33,053 bases of DNA from a virus (taxonomy: Duplodnaviria > Caudoviricetes): IMG/VR virus record IMGVR_UViG_3300048599_000810, positions 1 to 33,053 of that record; one strand, given 5' to 3'. The position numbers were made by a program, and so were the translations under genes. Positions 26,152 to 33,053 of the stretch are shown here, in pieces. A model generated the notes under the pieces. The model had not been told where the DNA came from and did no database searches. It saw nothing but the letters and a program-made list of their open reading frames with translations. Positions within the stretch are counted from its first letter, which is position 1. Each line of letters starts with the position of its first letter.

Positions 26152-28146
26152 GTGGCCGATACGCGGGGCATCCGAGCCGGGCGAGCCTTCATTGAGCTAG
26201 GCGTCAGCGACAAGCTGTCCGCCGGGCTCAAGGCGGCCCAGAAGAAGCTCGAAGCCTTCGGCGCGGGGCTCCGGTCCATCGGCACGAAGATGGCGGGCAT
26301 CGGTGTCGCGGCGATCACGGCGCTGCTCGGCACCGCGAAGGTGTTCAGCGACTCGGGCGATGCGCTCGACAAGATGAGCGCTCGCACCGGCGTGAGCGTT
26401 GAGGCCCTGTCGGAGCTCGGTTACGCGGCCGACCTCTCCGGCACGGATATGGAGACGCTGGAGAACGGCCTCCGCGTTATGCAGAAGACGCTGACGGAGG
26501 CGTCGCAGGGTTCGAAAGGGGCAAACGAGGCACTCGCACGGCTTGGGCTGACCGTGCAGGACCTCGCGAAGCTCTCCCCTGACGAGCAGTTCAAGCTGCT
26601 GGCCGACCGGATCTCACAGATCCAAGACCCGGCGCTCCGGGCCGCGATGGCGATGGAGCTCTTCGGCAAGGCCGGGACCAAGCTTCTTCCGCTGATGGCC
26701 GACGGGGCCGCGGGCATCAACGAGATGCAGGAGCAGGCGCGCAAGCTCGGGCTCACGGTCAGCACTGAGACCGCTCGCGATGCTGCGGAACTCAACGATG
26801 CCCTCGGCACGCTCTGGAAGGTCCTCAAGCAGGGCGTGTTCACCATCGGCGGGGCGCTTGCGCCCACAATCAAGGACCTCACGGAGCGGATCACCCGCAT
26901 CGTCGTGAGCGCCACGGCCTGGGTGAAGGCGAACAAAGAGACGGTGGTCTGGGCGCTCAAGGTCGCGGCGGCGGTCGCCGTCGCGGGGATTGCCATCGTC
27001 GGCCTGGGCTACATCATCTCTGGCATCGGCGCGGCGCTTGGCATCGTGGCCGCCGTCATCGGCGGGATCGGCACGGCGTTCAGCCTGATCGGGGCCGCGA
27101 TCGGCGCGATCCTCACGCCGGTCGGCCTGACAATCGCCGCGATCGTGGCGCTCGGCGGCACACTGCTGGTCGTCACCGGCGCGGGCGGCGAGGCACTGTC
27201 GTGGCTCGCGGAGAAGTTCACCGAGCTGCGAGACTGGGTCGGCAAAGTGGTCGGCGGCATCTCCGACGCCCTCGCCGCCGGCGACATCGCACTCGCAGCC
27301 GAGATCCTGTGGCTGTCTCTGAAGGTCATCTGGCAGCAGGGCGTGGCGGCGCTGAACAAGGCGTGGCTGGGCGCGAAGGAGTTCTTCGTCTCCACGGCGT
27401 ACTCCATGTGGTACGGGGCGCTCGCCGCCGCGGAGATCGTGTTCCACGCGCTCGAGGTCGCGTGGATCGAGACGACTGCGTTCCTCTCCAAGACCTGGAC
27501 CAACTTCGCCACGGGCTTCCAGATGATCTGGGAGGAGGCATCGTCGTGGGTCGCAAAGCGGATGCTGGAGATTCAAGGCCTGTTCGATGACGGGCTGGAT
27601 GTTGAAGCCGCCAAGAAGGCGGTGGACCAGCAACTCGAGTCCCGGCTCGTCGAACTGGAGAACGCTGCCCAACAGTCGGTGACCGCCCGAGACAAGGAAC
27701 GCGAGGCCCAGCGTCGCGACGCCGCCGCGCTGCATGAGGCGACACTCGCAGGCATTGGCCAGGACTTCGAGAACGCCCAGGAGGCCCTGCGCAAGGACAC
27801 GGCCGCAGGACTCGCCGAGTCGCAGGCCGCTCTGGACGCTGCGAAGCAGAAACTCGCCGCTGCAATCGAAGAAGCCCGCAAGAAGCGCGAGGCCGCCGAT
27901 GCCGAGAAGGGTCCCGGTCGCCCGCAGCGGGATCTGATGGCCGACTTCGAGGACCGGCTGCCGGGACTCGGCGCGGCCATCGGCAAGGGCATCAGCGTCA
28001 CGGGCACGTTCAGTTCCGCGGCCGTCTCAGGCCTCGGCACCGGTGGCGATGCCGCCGAACGCACAGCCACCGCGACTGAGGCGACGGCCAAGAACACCAA
28101 GCGTCTGCTGGATGCCAGCGTGGACAACGGAATGCGGTTCGCCTGA
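26152..28146 (+). CDS. Tail tape measure protein
   Basis: Long Ala-rich helical protein, AMELFGKAG motif, hydrophobic middle and spaced Trp/Phe repeats. Confidence 0.9.
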   Translation: MADTRGIRAGRAFIELGVSDKLSAGLKAAQKKLEAFGAGLRSIGTKMAGIGVAAITALLGTAKVFSDSGDALDKMSARTGVSVEALSELGYAADLSGTDMETLENGLRVMQKTLTEASQGSKGANEALARLGLTVQDLAKLSPDEQFKLLADRISQIQDPALRAAMAMELFGKAGTKLLPLMADGAAGINEMQEQARKLGLTVSTETARDAAELNDALGTLWKVLKQGVFTIGGALAPTIKDLTERITRIVVSATAWVKANKETVVWALKVAAAVAVAGIAIVGLGYIISGIGAALGIVAAVIGGIGTAFSLIGAAIGAILTPVGLTIAAIVALGGTLLVVTGAGGEALSWLAEKFTELRDWVGKVVGGISDALAAGDIALAAEILWLSLKVIWQQGVAALNKAWLGAKEFFVSTAYSMWYGALAAAEIVFHALEVAWIETTAFLSKTWTNFATGFQMIWEEASSWVAKRMLEIQGLFDDGLDVEAAKKAVDQQLESRLVELENAAQQSVTARDKEREAQRRDAAALHEATLAGIGQDFENAQEALRKDTAAGLAESQAALDAAKQKLAAAIEEARKKREAADAEKGPGRPQRDLMADFEDRLPGLGAAIGKGISVTGTFSSAAVSGLGTGGDAAERTATATEATAKNTKRLLDASVDNGMRFA

Positions 28147-28167
28147 TCAGAAAGGAGGTCATCGCTC

Positions 28168-28986
28168 GTGCCGGTTGAGGTCTTTGAGAAGTTCGAGAGC
28201 CGCCGCTCCACCAAGGCGAACCAAGTCTCGCAGTCCTCTGCGGAGCTCGGGTACATCGTGCGCGGCACCGCGGATGATCTCGTCGCCCGCAACGCGGCGC
28301 AGACCGCCTCGCCCGCGACCTACGACAGTCTGGCCCGGCAGAACGTCCAGATCGAACCGCTTGGGCCGCAGCTCTGGGACGTGACCGTCCGCTACGGCTC
28401 CAGCGATAGCGGCGGGAACCCCACGCCCAGCGAGGCTTCATTCAACTTTGAGACCGGCGGCGGCACGCAGCACATCACCCAGAGCAAAGACACGGTCCAG
28501 GCGCGGGCGGCATCCGGATCGACCGCGCCGGACTTCGGCGGCGCGATCGGCGTGACCGCCGACGGCGTTGACGGCGTGGATATCACCGTGCCCGTGTACC
28601 AGTTCTCTGAGACGCACTACTTCTCCGATGCGCAGGTGACCGGAGCGTACAAAGGCGCGATCTTCAGTTGCACAGGCAAGACGAATGCTGGCGGGTTCAA
28701 GGGCTTTGCTCCCGGCGAGGTGCTGTTCCTTGGGGCGACAGGCTCGAAGCGCGGGGATGGGCCCGACGACGACTGGGAGATCACCTTCCGGTTCGCCGCC
28801 AGCCCCAACCAGACCGGTCTCTCGGTCGGCTCCATCACCGGCATCAACAAGAAGGGGTGGGAGTACCTCTGGGTCCGCTACGCCGACGCGGAGGACACCG
28901 GGTCCGGCGCGATCATCAAGAAGCCCATCGCCGCCTACGTCGAGCGCGTGTATGACGACGCCAACTTTGGAGCCCTGGGGATCTGA
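28168..28986 (+). CDS. Tail tip protein (distal tail/hub-like)
   Basis: AAAGGAGGT RBS, follows tape measure, beta-rich (GEVLFLGA...WEITFRF...KKGWEYLWV). Confidence 0.7.
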   Translation: MPVEVFEKFESRRSTKANQVSQSSAELGYIVRGTADDLVARNAAQTASPATYDSLARQNVQIEPLGPQLWDVTVRYGSSDSGGNPTPSEASFNFETGGGTQHITQSKDTVQARAASGSTAPDFGGAIGVTADGVDGVDITVPVYQFSETHYFSDAQVTGAYKGAIFSCTGKTNAGGFKGFAPGEVLFLGATGSKRGDGPDDDWEITFRFAASPNQTGLSVGSITGINKKGWEYLWVRYADAEDTGSGAIIKKPIAAYVERVYDDANFGALGI

Positions 28987-28998
28987 ACCCCATCAATC

Positions 28999-30033
28999 AT
29001 GCCTGACGACCTGCGCAAAGTCCGATCTGGTGATCCCCTCCGCCTCCCCGCGGGCGCGTACAACGCGTTCGTCGATGCGGCAGTTGACCTGCGCCGACGT
29101 CAGGGCCGTGGCGAGGCAGTCGCCGGCCCGCTCTTGGAGTCGGCCCAGCGCGGCATCGTGCTGGTGCGCAACGACTCGGGCGAGGAGATCGAGCCGTACC
29201 ACGCGCTGGCGATCACCGGCGTGCTCGTCGAGCCCGGCGAGGATGACCAGGAACGGACATTCCAGAGCCGCACGCCGCTGACGGGCGACATCGCCACCGA
29301 GGAAACGGCAGGTCCCGCGTTTGTCGTCGCGCTGCAGCCGATCAAGCCCAACAAGCTCGGGCGGTGCGTACTGACCGGCGTGACGGTGGCGCGGGTGTTC
29401 ATCACCAACGAGACGGACACAACCTGCGAGCTGGCGGCCGACGAGACGGTGCTGGCCAGCACGCCCATGGGTGGCATCCCGATCCTCTGGAAAGAAGATG
29501 GCACCGGCGAGAAGTGGGCGGTCCTTGAACTCGGCCGCCCATCGCCCGGACGTGTGACCGCGATCCTCGGCGCGGCTCAGGCGATCCCCACCGAACGCAA
29601 CCGCTGGCGCTACCCGTGGGTGGAAGCCCAGATCGACGGCAACCCCGGCAGCGAGACCTATCTCCGGTACGTGCCCATCGAAGGCGGTCTGTCGTCGCAG
29701 CTCGCAAGCGGCGGTGAAGACCCCACGCGGCTGGCGCTGAACCGGTTCGAGGCCCACCACATGAATGACTCCGAGCCCGGCTCTGGGTTCGGCGGCCTGC
29801 TCGGGCTGGGACCGGTGTGCGAGTTGCCGGGTGTGCTCCCCAAGTGTCCGCCCGCACGGTCGCTCAAACCCAAGCTCGTGCCCATTCCCGACGGCGTGTG
29901 CGTGCAGCTGACCTGCGAGCGCAACAGCAAGGGCAAGCCGGTGTGGGTCTTCGAGGCCATGAGCCTCATCGAAATCGCCGACCCCGCCGACGAGGACCGC
30001 AAGTTCAACCTCTACATCGGAGGTGCCGAATGA
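28999..30033 (+). CDS. Putative tail-associated protein
   Basis: 344 aa ORF in the tail operon; middle segment resembles the DUF2190-type pattern (VALQPIKPNKLGRCVLTGV). Confidence 0.65.
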   Translation: MPDDLRKVRSGDPLRLPAGAYNAFVDAAVDLRRRQGRGEAVAGPLLESAQRGIVLVRNDSGEEIEPYHALAITGVLVEPGEDDQERTFQSRTPLTGDIATEETAGPAFVVALQPIKPNKLGRCVLTGVTVARVFITNETDTTCELAADETVLASTPMGGIPILWKEDGTGEKWAVLELGRPSPGRVTAILGAAQAIPTERNRWRYPWVEAQIDGNPGSETYLRYVPIEGGLSSQLASGGEDPTRLALNRFEAHHMNDSEPGSGFGGLLGLGPVCELPGVLPKCPPARSLKPKLVPIPDGVCVQLTCERNSKGKPVWVFEAMSLIEIADPADEDRKFNLYIGGAE

Positions 30034-30623
30034 CCACCCCCCCGTCCCCAACCACACTCGACACACGCCGCGAGAAGGAGCGGGCCAAATACGTGGCGCT
30101 GGCCGCCAAGCCCGGCTCGACGTACGGCTCGACCAACCACGGCAAGCTTGCTGTTCCGATCATCCAAAAGCTCAAGCCGAGGGTTGTGGTGGACTTCGGA
30201 TGCGGCCGCAACGACCTCGTGCGTGATCTGCGCCGGCTGGGGATCGACGGCCTGGGTGTGGACTTCGCGTTCCCGGATGCCGACCTCGTGCGCCCGATGC
30301 ACAAGACCGCGCTGCACGCGGGTGTCGCGGATGTCGTCACGAGTTTCGATGCACTCGAGCATCTGCTGCCTGAGGATGTAGACGCGGTGCTCGCGGAGAT
30401 GCGCCGTGTGGCCAAGCCGCGCGGCTACTTCGTGTTCTCGATCTGCACCCGACCCAGCAAGACCACCGTCGCCGGCGAAGGTCTGCACCCGACGGTGCGC
30501 TCGCTCGATTGGTGGCTCGACCGCATCGGGCGTGTCGCCACCGTGATCAACCCGCGGGCAGAGCGTCGGTTCATCGTCGGGCGCTTCAAGGGCGGAAGTG
30601 ATGGGGGGTGCTGTGGTGCGTGA
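30030..30623 (+). CDS. Class I SAM-dependent methyltransferase (non-DNA type)
   Basis: VVDFGCG, GVDF, FDALEHL and EMRRVAKPRG motifs; ATGA overlap. Confidence 0.88.
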   Translation: MTTPPSPTTLDTRREKERAKYVALAAKPGSTYGSTNHGKLAVPIIQKLKPRVVVDFGCGRNDLVRDLRRLGIDGLGVDFAFPDADLVRPMHKTALHAGVADVVTSFDALEHLLPEDVDAVLAEMRRVAKPRGYFVFSICTRPSKTTVAGEGLHPTVRSLDWWLDRIGRVATVINPRAERRFIVGRFKGGSDGGCCGA

Positions 30624-31512
30624 GAACCAGTCTGACATTGCGGCGCTCCAGGCCGGGCTGAAGGCGCGAAAGCCGTCGCGAGATGGCCTTCGCCTCTACA
30701 CCGCCGACTTCGACTCCGTGTCGCTCGGCGGGTTCTACCGCGGGCGTTCGGCCTTCTTGATCCTGTCGGGCCCATCGCTCACGCAGATCGACCTCGCCGC
30801 GCTCAACAAGCGCGGCATCGTCACGATGGCCGTGAACAACGCCTGGGCGGTGCATCGCCCGACGCTGTGGACCTGCGTTGACGATCCCGGCCGCTTCATC
30901 GATACCGGCTGGAAGGACCCTGGCATCTTGAAGTTCGTGCCCACGTGCATGTGGGACAAGCGGCTCCGCATCCAGGGCGCTGACGGCGTGATGCGCAACA
31001 GCGCGTTCAGGGTCCGGCAGATGCCCAGCGTCATGTTCTTCCGCCGCGCGGATCACTTCGACCATGAGCGGTTCCTGACTGGAGATAGCGTCCCGTGGGG
31101 AAACGACGCCAAGAACCCAGACTCTTTGGGCATCACCGGCAAGCGCTCGGTCATGCTCGTGGCACTCCGCCTCTTGCACTACCTCGGCTTCAGCACGGTG
31201 TACCTGCTGGGCTGCGACTTCAAGATGGCCGAGGACCGCAAGTACGCTTTCGCCGAGAACCGGGCTGCGAACGCGATCCGGCACAACAACGTGCTCTATG
31301 ACTCGCTGGCACGGCGCTTCGAGGCTCTCAAGCCGCACTTCGAGAAACACCGCTTCCGCGTGGTGAACTGCTCGCCGGGCAGCGAACTGCAGGTCTTCGA
31401 GCGCATGGAGTTCGCCGACGCCGTCGCGGCCGCGTCGGCCGAGTGCGGCAAGCCGGTAAACACGCAGGGCTGGTACGAGCCGAATGTGAAACCCCAGGAG
31501 GCCGCACGATGA
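30616..31512 (+). CDS. Maf/DUF115 (MptE-like, CstII-like fold) putative glycosyltransferase; start between 30598 and 30616
   Basis: LILSGPSL...MAVNN...CVD...SVMLVALRLLHYLGFSTVYLLGCDF...VVNCS signature. Confidence 0.75.
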   Translation: MRENQSDIAALQAGLKARKPSRDGLRLYTADFDSVSLGGFYRGRSAFLILSGPSLTQIDLAALNKRGIVTMAVNNAWAVHRPTLWTCVDDPGRFIDTGWKDPGILKFVPTCMWDKRLRIQGADGVMRNSAFRVRQMPSVMFFRRADHFDHERFLTGDSVPWGNDAKNPDSLGITGKRSVMLVALRLLHYLGFSTVYLLGCDFKMAEDRKYAFAENRAANAIRHNNVLYDSLARRFEALKPHFEKHRFRVVNCSPGSELQVFERMEFADAVAAASAECGKPVNTQGWYEPNVKPQEAAR

Positions 31513-33053
31513 GCGACGGCCCCACCCGCTACTACCTCTATATCCCGGTCTGGGCTACGGGCCGCGCCCCGCAGGGCGGCGGCTCGAGCAACTACTCGAC
31601 GCCGTCGGAGTCGCCAGACTCGTCGTACAGCACGTACTCAACGCCCACCAGCACGCCGAGCATGCCGCCGAGCTACTCGACGACCGGCGATGTGATCTAC
31701 ACAACCGGGCCGGGCGGCACGCCGACGCTGACGTTCTACACCACCGATGCGTTCACCAGCAACACGCCGGGCACCACGCAGACGCCATCGAGCAGCGGGC
31801 CGATGTCATCGAGCGGTTCGGGAAGCACGCCGACGAGCGACACCCCGAGTTCCATGTCTTCGAGCTCCTCGGGCTCGAGCATGAGCAGCTCCGGCGGCGG
31901 CAGTTCGTCGGGAATGAGCTCATCGGGCGCTTCGTCCGGCATGAGTTCCGGGGCGTCCAGCGGCATGTCGTCGGGGGCGAGTTCCGGCATGTCCTCGGGC
32001 GGGTCCTCTGGAGGATCGTCCGGAGGGGGCAGTTCGGGCGGCGGTTCGTCGGGCGGGGGCGGGTCCAGTGGCGGCGGGAGCGGTCCAGGCGGCTCGGGTC
32101 CCGGAGGCTCCGGCCCTGGCGGTTCTGGGCCGGGAGGGTCGGGCCCTGGGGGAAGCGGGCCGGGTGGTTCTGGTCCCGGTGGCTCGGGGCCGGGTTCCAA
32201 CTGCGTGCTGGCGGGAACGCCTGTGCGGCTGGCCTCGGGCCAGACCGTGCCGATCGAGCATCTCAAGCCGGGCGACCGGGTCGCGGCGCTGGACGTGGCG
32301 GGCCTGGATCGCGATGTGCCGTGGCGAGCGCAGTACCAATGGCTGCGTCAGCGAGCCGAAGCGGTGCTCACGCCGGTCATCGGTTCCGTGGCCAGCGTGA
32401 AGATCGGCACGCACGACGGGTTCGTCACCATCAACGGTCGCCTGCGGCTCACGCCCGAGCACCCGGTGCTCCTGCGCCGCGGCGATGAGGTCGGGTTCGT
32501 GTCGGCGGAGTTCGTACTCGTCGGCGATTATCTCGTACGGCACGACCTCAGCGAAGAGCGCGTCGAGACGATCAGCCGCGCCGGCGATCGCATCACCACA
32601 GTCGCGGTCCATGTGCCCGGCCTCAACGTGTTCCTGGCCGACGGCGTGTGGGTCCACAACGACATGCCCGCGACGCAGGCGACCGGGTCGGGATCGGCCT
32701 CTGGATCAGGGTCTGGCTCTGGCTCGGGATCAGGGTCTGGCTCTGGCTCGGGATCAGGCTCCTCCAGCGGCAGCGGGTCGGGTTCCGGCAGCGGCAAGTC
32801 CAGCGGCTCGTCTATGTCGAGCTCTGGAAGTTCTTCAGGATCTGGCAGCTCATCTGGTTCATCGAGCGGCAGTGGAAGCGAAAGCGGTTCCGGCCCGCCC
32901 GGTTCCGGCTCAGGCTCCGGCAGCGCCCAGCAGTCGGTGGCGCTCGGCGAGGGCGCGTCGTCGTTCATCGAGGGAGGCATCGAGGGCGTGCCGCCCGCCA
33001 AGTGGCAGCAGAGTGGATTGAGCAGTGGCATCGAAGAGGAGGTGAAGGCGTGA
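31509..33053 (+). CDS. Ser/Thr/Gly-rich protein with central Hint (bacterial intein-like) domain
   Basis: ATGA overlap. Hint domain 32202-32660: CVLAGTPV, IEHLKPGDRV, TPEHP and terminal VHN. Flanked by low-complexity tracts. Confidence 0.88.
   Translation: MSDGPTRYYLYIPVWATGRAPQGGGSSNYSTPSESPDSSYSTYSTPTSTPSMPPSYSTTGDVIYTTGPGGTPTLTFYTTDAFTSNTPGTTQTPSSSGPMSSSGSGSTPTSDTPSSMSSSSSGSSMSSSGGGSSSGMSSSGASSGMSSGASSGMSSGASSGMSSGGSSGGSSGGGSSGGGSSGGGGSSGGGSGPGGSGPGGSGPGGSGPGGSGPGGSGPGGSGPGGSGPGSNCVLAGTPVRLASGQTVPIEHLKPGDRVAALDVAGLDRDVPWRAQYQWLRQRAEAVLTPVIGSVASVKIGTHDGFVTINGRLRLTPEHPVLLRRGDEVGFVSAEFVLVGDYLVRHDLSEERVETISRAGDRITTVAVHVPGLNVFLADGVWVHNDMPATQATGSGSASGSGSGSGSGSGSGSGSGSGSSSGSGSGSGSGKSSGSSMSSSGSSSGSGSSSGSSSGSGSESGSGPPGSGSGSGSAQQSVALGEGASSFIEGGIEGVPPAKWQQSGLSSGIEEEVKA
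32082..32198 (+). repeat. (GPGGS)x7 plus GPGS coding repeat
   Basis: Seven 15-bp units with identical peptide and different codons. Confidence 0.9.
32703..32758 (+). repeat. Exact 24-bp tandem repeat (2.3 copies) in a GS tract
   Basis: GGATCAGGGTCTGGCTCTGGCTCG twice plus GGATCAGG. Confidence 0.9.

Larger units (their letters stand above)
1..33053 (+). mobile_element. Lambda-like siphoviral prophage, boundaries not visible
   Basis: Ordered integrase, replication, terminase, portal, capsid, tail tube and tape measure modules, with many ATGA/TGATG-coupled genes. The window starts and ends on gene boundaries and no att sites were identified. Confidence 0.93.

Noticed and set aside
32202-32660. 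Canonical mobile intein or polymorphic toxin
   Set aside because: No homing endonuclease, +1 residue is Asp, and the C-terminal region is low complexity with no toxin domain.
1-33053. tRNA, rRNA, IS elements, reverse transcriptase or DGR
   Set aside because: No such motifs or template/variable repeat pairs seen by eye.

Overview
The whole 33 kb window is a high-GC, lambda-like siphoviral prophage. Its gene families resemble prophages I associate with Planctomycetota, but that is recall and cannot be verified here. Left to right: large serine recombinase plus a coupled small partner; two unknown genes; a phage sigma factor; a recombination/replication module (AAA_24 ATPase, DUF669 SSB, RusA, SF2 helicase, Prim-Pol/DUF3987); a putative origin and cos-like region; a ParB-DNA methyltransferase; five leftward small genes (one a HARE-HTH protein); terminase, portal, protease-capsid fusion, head-tail and tail genes. 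The final three coupled genes are a SAM methyltransferase, a Maf/DUF115-like glycosyltransferase and a Ser/Gly-rich silk-like protein with a Hint (intein-like) domain. The main unexplained signals are: (1) that terminal module; (2) a 693-codon + strand ORF antisense to all five leftward genes, which share one register, and start/stop-coupled at both ends; (3) an identical 24-bp motif before the replication and head operons, a candidate promoter for the phage sigma factor. No att sites, endolysin, cI-type repressor or classic tail fibre are visible.
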